Notes under the pieces: generated by a model
What the model was told of the DNA's origin: nothing
What the model saw: the letters and a program-made list of their open reading frames with translations, nothing else
Databases searched by the model: none
Translations under genes and position numbers: made by a program
Virus record (IMG/VR): IMGVR_UViG_3300042314_001286
Location: 1-62,415 of that record
Length of the DNA: 62,415 bases
DNA from: a virus
Lineage: Duplodnaviria; Caudoviricetes
Direction: 5' to 3' (one strand)
Shown: one piece after another, positions 49,137 through 57,712 of the stretch
Position numbering within the stretch: position 1 is the stretch's first letter
How the letters are laid out: each line of letters opens with the position of its first letter

Positions 49137-49491
49137 ATGAAATAATTTGGAATGTCATTCTGTAATGTTTCGCACCCATCTCACTAACTGGTATGATGGT
49201 TACTTTCTTGCAAAACTTCTTGGTGTCGTCTGTTAAGACGTTGATGTGGCGAAGGAAGTCTTCTCCAATCTTGATTAGGATAATAGTATTCGTTGGATCT
49301 AGGCGAGAGTTGTACTCTAGGACAACTTCATACTTATCTACCATCCTATATTTCTTAGTAAGTAATCTACCAAATAATAAATGAAACTGATCTTTAATTT
49401 TATTCCTTATAGTCCAATGCTTTCCGGCAAAAAACTTATTAAGACTAACATCCACACCTTCCCATTCAAACACAATTTCATCGATTATCAT
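49102..49491 (-). CDS. RusA-like Holliday junction resolvase
   Basis: SLNKFF...RLDPTN...KIGEDFL...LTDDT motif spacing. Confidence 0.65.
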   Translation of the reverse strand: MIIDEIVFEWEGVDVSLNKFFAGKHWTIRNKIKDQFHLLFGRLLTKKYRMVDKYEVVLEYNSRLDPTNTIILIKIGEDFLRHINVLTDDTKKFCKKVTIIPVSEMGAKHYRMTFQIISYATKETKANRS

Positions 49492-49669
49492 CTTGTTTTA
49501 TTTTATTCCATTCGGCGCGAACATCTAGCCAATATGCCCTATCGTCAAAATTCTTGAATCGAAACTTTTCACAAATCTCAGTTAAGAAATAATCGACGAT
49601 GAAGGTGTCTTGGCTAAATGTCTTAAGTAGCGCAGCTTTTTCATCTGGAGTATACTGGTTCGGTTGCAT
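49478..49669 (-). CDS. hypothetical protein
   Basis: 63 aa, coupled to neighbours; YWLDV motif. Confidence 0.55.
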   Translation of the reverse strand: MQPNQYTPDEKAALLKTFSQDTFIVDYFLTEICEKFRFKNFDDRAYWLDVRAEWNKIKQDDNR

Positions 49670-49899
49670 TAGTATATTCTGATCTTCTTCTCGTTGATCG
49701 TTAGAGAGATATCTAGTGATGCATCCATTCCATTAGCGGCTAGGTTCCTTACGATCTTTCCTAGCAGATTAAATCCTATCGCGCGTTGATTGTTCTCAAG
49801 CCCTGATATCTGTTGGATTGTAGCAAATCCTGCCGCTTCCGAAAACTGTTTCTGAGTCATTCCCAGTTCAGTTCTAATTTCTTTTATAATGTTTACCAT
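49669..49899 (-). CDS. XRE-family HTH regulator
   Basis: IKEIRTELGMTQKQFSEAAG...ISGLENNQR; TAAATTTG box at 49915-49922. Confidence 0.85.
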   Translation of the reverse strand: MVNIIKEIRTELGMTQKQFSEAAGFATIQQISGLENNQRAIGFNLLGKIVRNLAANGMDASLDISLTINEKKIRIY

Positions 49900-50032
49900 C
49901 TTCTTTTTCTTTAGCAAATTTACGTTTAGCAGTTTCTATTTTATTTCTGTGTGCTAATTGTAATTGGTTATGTATGTTTTCCCAAACTTGGGTAAATGTT
50001 GGTTGATTATTCATTTGAAGATTGATTATGTT

Positions 50033-50503
50033 TTACAATATCGAACATCTAACGGTTTCGCCTGATGACTTAACCGGCGGATAAAATGTTACCGTCTCAC
50101 CTGTTTCTGTATCAACGGTTGTCGTTGTCTCCTTGATAGATTTAATAAACGCTTCAATAGACTTCAATTCCGCCGACTCAGATTCTACCTTAGCCTTTTG
50201 CTTGGCCCAAGCTTCTGATTGAGAAAAGTCATACTTAGTGGGAGTGTTAACCGCCTTTACGGTAACTCCTAATGAATGTGTCTCTTCCTTATCGCAACCA
50301 TGTAACTCAGCCAATACATAAGGCTTTAATCCCTTTTGCAATTCACTTAATAGCAGGATTAACTTCTCGCAGGCAGCCCAATCCTTTGTGGCATCGCCTC
50401 CATTGAAAGCAAAGTTCTCAATGTATTTATCAGCCATACCAATAATAGCCTCCTTGTTAGAAGCTACTATTGGGCTGATATCTAGTTTAGCTAACTCTTG
50501 CAT
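50033..50503 (-). CDS. hypothetical protein (replication/recombination cluster)
   Basis: 156 aa; KYDFS and VDTETGE...YPP motifs. Confidence 0.65.
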   Translation of the reverse strand: MQELAKLDISPIVASNKEAIIGMADKYIENFAFNGGDATKDWAACEKLILLLSELQKGLKPYVLAELHGCDKEETHSLGVTVKAVNTPTKYDFSQSEAWAKQKAKVESESAELKSIEAFIKSIKETTTTVDTETGETVTFYPPVKSSGETVRCSIL

Positions 50504-50504
50504 C

Positions 50505-51206
50505 TTAGAAAGGTAATAAATCTGCTGGATCTTCTACTGGAGCCTCCTCAAATTTACGAGCAGGAACCTCTTCTGCAACTACTTCTTCTACAGGATTTGA
50601 TGCAGATGCTTTTCTTGCTGTAAAATACTTCTGCAATGAATCGTATGCATCCTCAGCACTCTCACTAACAGACTTGTCGATAACACCACCTACAGCCATG
50701 ATAGGAGTAGAGTATTTAACAGATCCTTTCTTAGCATCTAATGCTCCTGTAATTTCAATGTAATTACCCAAAAAAGACTTTCTGTTTTCTTTAGCGAAGT
50801 CACTCCAAGCCATTAATGCGGCGCCTTTGATTGCAAGGTTAACAATCTCTCCATTGAGGTAGAAATATAAACTTGCATGGTAGTCTCCGCCAAGTCCATT
50901 CACCTTTAGCTTGATGTCCTTGTAAAGGCCCTCAGCAATAGTACCACCTTTAAATGCTCTAACCACCAAAGGTTCTGCACCTGTATTCTTAACTTCGTTG
51001 GAATAGATCCCCGAAGAAGATGAATCATGCCATCCCTTGATAGAAGACATATCGTCTAAGTGAACTAATTTGATAGGCAATGCCACCTTTTGATTCTTCT
51101 CAGCGGCTTTGTCCCAGTAAGTGAAACACTTGTCGTTTGAACTCCAAGATAAATATTTTTTTACCGGAGATTCTGTTGTTGTTTTGTACGCGTCAGCTCT
51201 TGACAT
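50505..51206 (-). CDS. putative single-stranded DNA-binding protein
   Basis: Beta-rich core with acidic tail ending DPADLLPF; likely start MSRADAY. Confidence 0.6.
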   Translation of the reverse strand: MSRADAYKTTTESPVKKYLSWSSNDKCFTYWDKAAEKNQKVALPIKLVHLDDMSSIKGWHDSSSSGIYSNEVKNTGAEPLVVRAFKGGTIAEGLYKDIKLKVNGLGGDYHASLYFYLNGEIVNLAIKGAALMAWSDFAKENRKSFLGNYIEITGALDAKKGSVKYSTPIMAVGGVIDKSVSESAEDAYDSLQKYFTARKASASNPVEEVVAEEVPARKFEEAPVEDPADLLPF

Positions 51207-51231
51207 AATAATAATTGTTTGGTTGAAATTG

Positions 51232-51399
51232 TTAAAAAATTGCTTCTTCAAATTGGGTAAGATAAGTAACCTTAAGTACCAATCTGTTTACTTTCTTTTG
51301 AACTCTAGCCCGTAATCTACCGGAGCGTGTTCTGTTTAATGGGTTCTTTACGAGTTCCTCTGCCTTGCAGATAACGTCGTTGTAGCGTTTTTTTCTCAT
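51232..51399 (-). CDS. small basic protein
   Basis: MRKKRYNDVI...; TAACTTTG box at 51420-51427 upstream. Confidence 0.5.
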   Translation of the reverse strand: MRKKRYNDVICKAEELVKNPLNRTRSGRLRARVQKKVNRLVLKVTYLTQFEEAIF

Positions 51400-51478
51400 T
51401 GACTGATTGTTTGTTGGAACAAAGTTAAACAAAATATTTGTAATGCAAAACATTTATGAAAAATATTTTATTATAACA

Positions 51479-51511
51479 TAAAAAAAGTACCCCGTATAAC
51501 AGGATACTTTT
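51479..51511 (-). terminator. intrinsic terminator
   Basis: AAAAGTATCCTG-TTATA-CGGGGTACTTTT plus T run on - strand. Confidence 0.7.
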
Positions 51512-51542
51512 CTGGAAACACAATCAAATCAACAAAATAAGA

Positions 51543-51947
51543 CTACCTATGCCAGTTATATTTTTTTCTTATTATAGGTTCCTCGTCGGTATAAACTTTG
51601 TTTGGTTGAGGCGTCATAGTATATACAAATCCCGTGCCATTTGTTGTAGTAAGGGTAGTTTTTTTTATAGCATCTTCTGTTAACTTATTTTTAATCATTT
51701 GTTGAGTTTTAAATGCTCTAAGCTCTTCCTCTAATAATAGGATATCTTTCTTAAGTCGTGTCAGATAAACCAAGCCATCCATTAATTCCTCACGGAGATG
51801 TTGCGCCCAGTCAGCTACTGATAGATCCGTACGATCCATATCGGTTCCGTACTTATTGTATCCTTTCTCAGCGCGCTCACCAAACTCTTTGATGATTTCA
51901 AATACTATGCTGTCGGTAAATGTTGTTGTGTTATTGCTCGATTCCAT
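51543..51947 (-). CDS. conserved phage protein, all-alpha NTP-pyrophosphatase-like
   Basis: RAEKGYNKYGTDMDRTDL...HLREELMDGLVY. Confidence 0.55.
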   Translation of the reverse strand: MESSNNTTTFTDSIVFEIIKEFGERAEKGYNKYGTDMDRTDLSVADWAQHLREELMDGLVYLTRLKKDILLLEEELRAFKTQQMIKNKLTEDAIKKTTLTTTNGTGFVYTMTPQPNKVYTDEEPIIRKKYNWHR

Positions 51948-52287
51948 ATTCTTTTAGTATGTCTGATATCTTTGTTGCACATTCAATTTTGGTATCTCTC
52001 TCAAGGCTTTCCATCTTAAGGGCCACGTCAAATAGATAGTCTCCCTGCATGGATGCATTAACAAACTGCTCAAGAACCGTCCCTTGACTATCTCCATTCT
52101 CAACCTTCATTAGCACGTCTACTTGCTTCTCAAGTTCGTTGACTAACATATTAGTGTACTGGCGGATCTTATGGTAATGGAAGTTAGATGCAACAACCTT
52201 GTCGTCAATAAAGTCTCTAAGTGATTGGCAATGTGCATAGTAGCGAATCATATCGCGAAGTTCTGCATCGGTTAATAGTCTTTTCAT
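51931..52287 (-). CDS. hypothetical protein
   Basis: 118-aa ORF in operon. Confidence 0.65.
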   Translation of the reverse strand: MKRLLTDAELRDMIRYYAHCQSLRDFIDDKVVASNFHYHKIRQYTNMLVNELEKQVDVLMKVENGDSQGTVLEQFVNASMQGDYLFDVALKMESLERDTKIECATKISDILKEYGIEQ

Positions 52288-52296
52288 TGTTTGATT

Positions 52297-52740
52297 TTAT
52301 TTTAAGTATGTGTATAATGTTGGCTTAGTTATTACTCCCCCATTATCTTTAAAAAAGCGGATGATGTCTACATTTCTTATTCCCATCATCTTTGACTCTA
52401 AATACATATTCTTTCGCGCGGAATTAACCCGTAAATTTTTCCCGCGTACAAAGAATATATTCAATAACTCTTTGTTGCACTTACCAAACTCTTCAGCAAC
52501 ATATTTCTTAGATATATCCATTAGGTATTTGGTTAGCTCCTGATATTCCTTATCCTTATTGTATAGCTTCTGGCACGTCCTCTTTAATGTAATCTTATTA
52601 TTATTAGAAATGTTTACATATAAAGGAACTCCGCATTGATCACAATTGATCCGCGCGTACAAATTATCCAGCGCCAAAGATTTGTCTACCAGATATCCGC
52701 AATTAAAACAATTAAGGTTGTCTACCTTTAGTACCGGCAT
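52297..52740 (-). CDS. zinc-ribbon protein with possible C-terminal DNA-binding helices
   Basis: CFNC...CDQC. Confidence 0.55.
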   Translation of the reverse strand: MPVLKVDNLNCFNCGYLVDKSLALDNLYARINCDQCGVPLYVNISNNNKITLKRTCQKLYNKDKEYQELTKYLMDISKKYVAEEFGKCNKELLNIFFVRGKNLRVNSARKNMYLESKMMGIRNVDIIRFFKDNGGVITKPTLYTYLK

Positions 52741-53000
52741 TAGAAGAAATCTGTATGGATAACAATTGGAGCGTTAGGAATATGTGGCAATGATCGAGCG
52801 GTATTGTACTCGTAGTTATCAATCGCCTCCTCATCTGTCATACCCTCTTCCATGAAGCAATCAACAATATCATTTGCAGAATAAACCAATCGCATCGGAT
52901 CGTGATTAGTATCAACACCAATTACTGCCTTATCTAGTCCGTCCAGAATGACAAACTCTTCGTCAGGAAAATTCTCTAGTATCTGTTCTAGTTTTGTCAT
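52740..53000 (-). CDS. conserved acidic phage protein
   Basis: LDGLDKAVIGV...VYS...MTDEEAIDNYEYN. Confidence 0.7.
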   Translation of the reverse strand: MTKLEQILENFPDEEFVILDGLDKAVIGVDTNHDPMRLVYSANDIVDCFMEEGMTDEEAIDNYEYNTARSLPHIPNAPIVIHTDFF

Positions 53001-53148
53001 AGTCTATAAAGTAAATGCATCCTTCCTCTCCGTCTTCAGGAGTGAACTCAACGTATGCTTGGTAAAATTCATTTGGGATAACAAGAAATCTGTGGCATCT
53101 ATTAGATGATGGGCACGCCTTGTTCTGGCATAATGCTATATCGGGCAT
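52963..53148 (-). CDS. small Cys-rich phage protein
   Basis: MPDIALCQNKACPSSNRCHRF...C. Confidence 0.65.
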   Translation of the reverse strand: MPDIALCQNKACPSSNRCHRFLVIPNEFYQAYVEFTPEDGEEGCIYFIDYDKTRTDTREFS

Positions 53149-53149
53149 C

Positions 53150-53362
53150 TTAGTCTAATATCTTAGAAATAATGCTTCTATCTAACGTATCCTCTTGGTT
53201 GGAAGCGGCACGATTAAAAGCTATCTTAAGTTCTAGCTCCGTGAATAACAACGTGTTGTATTGTCCGTTGTGGTTTAGTATAACAGCATAGTATTCATCC
53301 TTTGCCGTCTTACGCTTGTCTTTGTTGACAACTTTTTTTATTTCACCTACTCTTGCTTTCAT
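53150..53362 (-). CDS. hypothetical protein
   Basis: 70 aa; LLFTELEL...RAASNQED. Confidence 0.6.
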   Translation of the reverse strand: MKARVGEIKKVVNKDKRKTAKDEYYAVILNHNGQYNTLLFTELELKIAFNRAASNQEDTLDRSIISKILD

Positions 53363-53372
53363 TGTTTTTATT

Positions 53373-53573
53373 TTAATTTAGTGAGTCAATAGTTGCGTTA
53401 AAGTCTACAATTTCAATCTTTTTGCCATCAGAAAGTACGCAAGTACCTTCGTTATTACCTTCTTGAGTGATTGAATTTTGAGATAAATAATCAATTTCTT
53501 CAATATTAATCCAACTTCTTAGGATAGCGCCATCTTCACTTCTTCTTGTGGTAATCTTAATGAATTTTTTCAT
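53373..53573 (-). CDS. hypothetical small beta protein
   Basis: Likely start MKKFIKIT. Confidence 0.55.
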   Translation of the reverse strand: MKKFIKITTRRSEDGAILRSWINIEEIDYLSQNSITQEGNNEGTCVLSDGKKIEIVDFNATIDSLN

Positions 53574-53596
53574 TGTTTGTTTGTTTAAAATGTTAG

Positions 53597-53740
53597 TGTA
53601 CCTTATAGGGTACAAATTGTGTCATTTTGTGCATTATAGTACCCTTTAGGGTATCAAAACTTGCAAAGTTTCCGAGTTTTAATATTAAAGTGCAATCAAT
53701 GGCACAAAGTGTTACCTTTTTACATAAATTCTTGTCACAA
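53597..53740. promoter_or_regulatory. array of closely packed imperfect palindromes (operator-like)
   Basis: TGTACCTTATAGGGTACA, TACCCTTTAGGGTA, AAACTTGCAAAGTTT, TTTAATATTAAA, GTGCAATCAATGGCAC, TTGTCACAA. Confidence 0.6.
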
Positions 53741-53788
53741 AATGAGGGATGAGCAGTTCTTATGGTATGCGCACCCCTACTGTTAATT

Positions 53789-53862
53789 AATCAAGTGCTC
53801 GATTCGAACGAACAGTACCCTCAGCCTCGAGGAAGGCGTGTTACCAGTTACACCAACTCGAT
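53789..53862 (-). tRNA. tRNA-like gene with aberrant 9-nt anticodon loop; no encoded CCA
   Basis: Acceptor ATCGAGT/ACTTGAT; D arm GTGT-AACTGGTA-ACAC; T arm GTTCG-TTCGAAT-CGAGC; anticodon arm CCTTC-CTCGAGGCT-GAGGG. Confidence 0.7.
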
Positions 53863-53882
53863 TATTACTCTGTAAAGATATA

Positions 53883-54146
53883 TTAAACCAATTTATTAAG
53901 CAAACCTTTTTCTTTAATTGTTTCGTAGAATTGTTTGAACGCTCTAAGTCTAGCGTAGGATGCGTGAAGTTCAGATCCTTTGGCATTCTTAATCCGCTCG
54001 ATGTTAACCTCTACAAATTGTAAGTCGTTACAAATTGTAACACCTTGCTTGTAGCTAAACTTTCTTGGCTCTTTGTTTTGGCTCAGGTACTCCTTCCCCC
54101 AAGTTATTGCCATCTTGTAGTATTGCTCGTTCTTGCTCGAATCCAT
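53883..54146 (-). CDS. hypothetical protein
   Basis: 87-aa ORF in operon. Confidence 0.55.
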   Translation of the reverse strand: MDSSKNEQYYKMAITWGKEYLSQNKEPRKFSYKQGVTICNDLQFVEVNIERIKNAKGSELHASYARLRAFKQFYETIKEKGLLNKLV

Positions 54147-54354
54147 CCTTTAATTTGTTGAACGTGGTAATGTTAATTTTAATCCATTCTGTGCGCATTA
54201 AGTACGCCTCTATTCTGTCTTCCATAGAACCTAATAGTCTAGTGTATCTGCCATCCTTATTGTAATGATAGACGTGTAGTTCGTTGTAGTCAATCTCTGC
54301 TACTTCAGATGATGACGCGTTGCGGTAGTATTTAATTGATATTTTCTTTTTCAT
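54055..54354 (-). CDS. hypothetical protein
   Basis: 99 aa; 4-nt overlap with upstream gene. Confidence 0.55.
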   Translation of the reverse strand: MKKKISIKYYRNASSSEVAEIDYNELHVYHYNKDGRYTRLLGSMEDRIEAYLMRTEWIKINITTFNKLKDGFEQERAILQDGNNLGEGVPEPKQRAKKV

Positions 54355-54575
54355 ATTAATGTTTCTATTTCGTGTTTAACATCTTGGTAATAATTATACT
54401 CCTCAAGTTTGATTGAACTATTTAATATTTCATCCATAACTATTAAAGCACACTCTCTTGAATAATTTAATTTTCCAAAGTTTTCTATTTGATAGTCTGT
54501 TTCGGTTCGTGCGTACCTATCAAATTTTTTCATTATTTCAATTGCTTTTTCTCTAGGGCTCATATTATTTGCCAT
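54351..54575 (-). CDS. hypothetical protein (SPREKA...CALIVMDEI...YYQDVK motif)
   Basis: Motif resembles 49478..49669 (TPDEKA...YWLDVR). Confidence 0.65.
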   Translation of the reverse strand: MANNMSPREKAIEIMKKFDRYARTETDYQIENFGKLNYSRECALIVMDEILNSSIKLEEYNYYQDVKHEIETLI

Positions 54576-54918
54576 AAGCTAAATTTTTAAACGAATCAAT
54601 TGCTGTAAGCCAAATATCTCTCATAAGTATTATTGTCGCATCGTTCAATGCTACCGAATGAACATTCTCGTCAGAAACAGATTGTATAACCCATTCGTAT
54701 CTAAGTAATGTCTTTTGTCCATCTACGAGTTTAATTCTGCAAGTATAGGAATCGTTCTTGTATTCAATGTTTTTAAATAATTCGAATGCAATTTTTACGT
54801 TCTCATACCCTCTTACTGAATTAATTATTTCTTGTATTTCGTTTATTCTCCAATTCTCAAAAGGAACTATGCCTTTATATGAGGCATAAGATTGTGCGTA
54901 ATCTTCTTTAAAATTCAT
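54565..54918 (-). CDS. hypothetical protein
   Basis: 117-aa ORF. Confidence 0.6.
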   Translation of the reverse strand: MNFKEDYAQSYASYKGIVPFENWRINEIQEIINSVRGYENVKIAFELFKNIEYKNDSYTCRIKLVDGQKTLLRYEWVIQSVSDENVHSVALNDATIILMRDIWLTAIDSFKNLAYGK

Positions 54919-54919
54919 T

Positions 54920-55141
54920 TTATTGTTTGTTATAAGTTTCGTTATAATATTGTTCTGCTCTTTTTATACATCCACCCATTACCGCATCTGCATACTCATC
55001 TGCAAATTTAATTATATGCTCTTTCTCCATTGCTTTGGCTTGTTCAAATAACTCTCGATATTGTGCGCCTCGCCACCTAATTTCTTCATTTTGTGTTATC
55101 TTATCAAATAACCATTCTACTGCTGTTTGTTTAGTTTCCAT
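54920..55141 (-). CDS. hypothetical protein (METKQTAVEWL...EQAKAMEKE...AEQYYNETY)
   Basis: Likely start METKQT. Confidence 0.7.
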   Translation of the reverse strand: METKQTAVEWLFDKITQNEEIRWRGAQYRELFEQAKAMEKEHIIKFADEYADAVMGGCIKRAEQYYNETYNKQ

Positions 55142-55152
55142 TGTCTTGATGT

Positions 55153-55425
55153 TTATAAAAATTCTTTTATGTGCTGAAATACAGATTCTGGGCGTTGCCA
55201 ATTTTTATTTGCAAATTCAACAGATGCTTCAAAATGTTCTTTGAATACACGAACAGCCGATGGGTAATCTTTAAAAAATTTAGCTAACTGTATATAATCT
55301 TGTAGATGATATAATTCACCGCGGGAATTGCTTTTAAATATCCTCTCTTCGTAATCTTCAATATCAAGAATCTTTATAGCTTCTTTAAATGTAATTTGTT
55401 TGGTTTCTGTCTGTTTAGTTTCCAT
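55153..55425 (-). CDS. hypothetical protein
   Basis: 90 aa; starts METKQT like the downstream gene. Confidence 0.65.
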   Translation of the reverse strand: METKQTETKQITFKEAIKILDIEDYEERIFKSNSRGELYHLQDYIQLAKFFKDYPSAVRVFKEHFEASVEFANKNWQRPESVFQHIKEFL

Positions 55426-55615
55426 TGTCTGCCCATTTTTTAAGTTCGTCTAACGTTTTAATCATTTCTTTCATTGATTCATCCCTTTCTTTGAGTTGCC
55501 TTTCAGATAGCAAGCCACTACAATTAAGTAAAAATTCATTCCACCTTTCTTCTTGAGTATATTGATTGGCTTGGATGGCTTTCTGTTTGCGAATAAGTTT
55601 TTTAAGTATGCCCAT
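55415..55615 (-). CDS. hypothetical protein
   Basis: 66 aa, overlaps neighbours. Confidence 0.55.
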   Translation of the reverse strand: MGILKKLIRKQKAIQANQYTQEERWNEFLLNCSGLLSERQLKERDESMKEMIKTLDELKKWADNGN

Positions 55616-55988
55616 TGTCCTGTTGTTTAGCTAATTCAATTAATTTTTCAATACAAGCATTTTCTGCTTCTTCGTATGTTTCAAAACTTAGTAAAGGATA
55701 AAACATATCATCAATAACACATTTCCATTCTTCCCTATCGTGAACACAATGTAATCTGTCTGTTATATAAACACTTAATTTATACTTCTCCCTAAACCAT
55801 CTAAATACTTGGCTTTTTAGGGGCGCAATGTAAGATTGATTATTAGGATATACAGGCGACTTCATATTTCTGTAATGAAAGTCTTTATTACTTGAATACC
55901 AAGCAATATAATCGTCTCCATAGTGTTCTCCATAAAGTAGCTCTTTCAGCGCTACTGCAACCTCGTAGCTTACAAATTCTTTTTCCAT
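55602..55988 (-). CDS. hypothetical protein (MEKEFVSYE...APLKSQVFRWFREKY...TYEEAE)
   Basis: Likely start MEKEFV, 1 nt after upstream stop. Confidence 0.7.
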   Translation of the reverse strand: MEKEFVSYEVAVALKELLYGEHYGDDYIAWYSSNKDFHYRNMKSPVYPNNQSYIAPLKSQVFRWFREKYKLSVYITDRLHCVHDREEWKCVIDDMFYPLLSFETYEEAENACIEKLIELAKQQDNGHT

Positions 55989-55989
55989 G

Positions 55990-56394
55990 TTATTGCTTAT
56001 CCTCGTAAGGGTTAGTTGTTCTAATTTCAATTCCTTTATTATTCCATCTATTATTCCATCCTTGAAAATTTGGGGAAAGATAAGTGCGATACTCATTCCC
56101 CTTTTTTTCAAAGAAATGCCCAATCTCCCATTCGCTTGGGAACTCGCCTCTTGTCCAAACAACCTGTCCTTTCTTAGGTAATTCTTCTGGGCGTTCTTGC
56201 GAGAAGCCTTCGAGCGTGTATTCAGTGAATGATAATAATTTTATATCCCCATCCAATTCCCTAATTACATTTTTTGTATTATCAAATTCAGCCATAACTC
56301 TACCGTAAAAAGTCGCTTCTACGGTACCCCATCCATATTTATGGTGGTAAACCCTATCATTAACTTTGAATATATCGTTTATTTCTATTTTCAT
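55990..56394 (-). CDS. hypothetical SH3/YorP-like protein
   Basis: FKVNDRVYHHKYGWGTV...LSFTEYTLEGFSQERP. Confidence 0.65.
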   Translation of the reverse strand: MKIEINDIFKVNDRVYHHKYGWGTVEATFYGRVMAEFDNTKNVIRELDGDIKLLSFTEYTLEGFSQERPEELPKKGQVVWTRGEFPSEWEIGHFFEKKGNEYRTYLSPNFQGWNNRWNNKGIEIRTTNPYEDKQ

Positions 56395-56395
56395 T

Positions 56396-56656
56396 TTATT
56401 TTCCTTTTAAATATCTTTCTATTGAATTAGTTACTTGATTGTAATCTATTCCGTAAGCTACTTTAATATCGAAGTATCTTCTGTTTTCCATCCAGCCTTG
56501 TGGCATATCATAGAACTGAATTAGCAGGTAATGATGACTTCCTGATGAGCGCAATACTAATATGTTTTCTGTGTCAGGAACTCGTACATAAGGCAGCCCA
56601 TTCTTCTTAAGATATGTTCTAACCTTTGCAATGAATGAGTGTTTAATTTTCTCCAT
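56396..56656 (-). CDS. hypothetical protein (possibly degenerate VRR-NUC-like)
   Basis: VPD...LLIQF spacing; weak. Confidence 0.45.
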   Translation of the reverse strand: MEKIKHSFIAKVRTYLKKNGLPYVRVPDTENILVLRSSGSHHYLLIQFYDMPQGWMENRRYFDIKVAYGIDYNQVTNSIERYLKGK

Positions 56657-56930
56657 CGTCGTAAGTGAGTAAAAAGTTTTTGATTAGTTGTTCTAGATTA
56701 ATTGGTGATTCTACGTTAGGCGATCTATGTACAAAATAAAATTCATCTTCGGCTTTAAATTCGTTGAACTTATTTTTGTAATTAATAAATTTTACTAGCA
56801 TATCTTTCTTACCTTCTAGGACAGCCCTGTTTGTTCTTCCGCCTTTCTCAATGCCTCTTTGATACGCATCTCTGATTGTAATTTCTGCCTCTCCCAGCAG
56901 ATCCTCTAGCACATCTTTGTAATTTTCCAT
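56643..56930 (-). CDS. hypothetical protein
   Basis: 95-aa ORF. Confidence 0.6.
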   Translation of the reverse strand: MENYKDVLEDLLGEAEITIRDAYQRGIEKGGRTNRAVLEGKKDMLVKFINYKNKFNEFKAEDEFYFVHRSPNVESPINLEQLIKNFLLTYDDGEN

Positions 56931-56932
56931 AA

Positions 56933-57712
56933 CTAATTGTTGATAGTGGATTTATGATGTTTGATTAATAGTTCGATAATGTCTTGGTATTCCTTGCATT
57001 GGATGACATTGTACCTTTCCTGCTCCTCATGGATATGCACCAAATAGCATTGCCCAATCTTTAAATTTGTATTCCTTTCAATGATATACTTATACAAATT
57101 CAATTGGATACTATAGGCATTCAATTCACATTCATGCAAGAAATTGATCGGCATAAGCATCTTTTTTTTGTACTTACTGAACTCGGCGATCTCTTTGTTA
57201 GTCTTATAATCCCAGATCTGTAGCTCACCATGCTTCTGATTCCAAAACAAGCAGTCTACCATGCCTCCTATGCCAAGATCTTCGTCACCAACTACTAACT
57301 CCATTGCTACCGGGATTAACGTGTTGCTAGAGTCTGTATAAAAGTCAATAAACATCTTCTTGCAAGCCTCTAATCTCTCTTCCATCACACCTGCGCCGAA
57401 TCTTTCATCGTACTCGGAGTAATCAATTGGAAATACCTTATTCTGCCAATAGTTTTCCGCGAAATTATGTAACAACGTTCCCTTTGTGCGAGATATATCT
57501 CCGCGGTATTCCCAGTCGGCAAGTAATTCCTCCGGCGTAACACCTTTCTTCTTAGCAGACTTCTCTGCTTGGGCCTTAGAGTCAAACTTCTCCTTGAATT
57601 TGCCGATAAACGCCGTACCTGAAATAAGTTCTTGCTCACCTATAAAATACTTATGAGGTTCGTCATGATACTTAACTTTCTTGAACTTAGATAACTCTTT
57701 AAATACATTCAT
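56933..57712 (-). CDS. PD-(D/E)xK exonuclease
   Basis: HKYF, KGTLLH, GGMVDCLF...IWDYKTNK...YSIQLNLY; likely start MNVFKE. Confidence 0.85.
   Translation of the reverse strand: MNVFKELSKFKKVKYHDEPHKYFIGEQELISGTAFIGKFKEKFDSKAQAEKSAKKKGVTPEELLADWEYRGDISRTKGTLLHNFAENYWQNKVFPIDYSEYDERFGAGVMEERLEACKKMFIDFYTDSSNTLIPVAMELVVGDEDLGIGGMVDCLFWNQKHGELQIWDYKTNKEIAEFSKYKKKMLMPINFLHECELNAYSIQLNLYKYIIERNTNLKIGQCYLVHIHEEQERYNVIQCKEYQDIIELLIKHHKSTINN

Noticed and set aside
53814-53836. tRNA-like anticodon arm as antisense regulator of the 60554-60659 leader
   Set aside because: Only about 6 contiguous Watson-Crick pairs (TGAGGG/CCCTCA); too short to separate from chance without covariation data.
56933-57712. 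Cas4 as evidence of a CRISPR system
   Set aside because: Stand-alone PD-(D/E)xK exonuclease in the replication cluster, without the Cas4 four-Cys pattern or any array.
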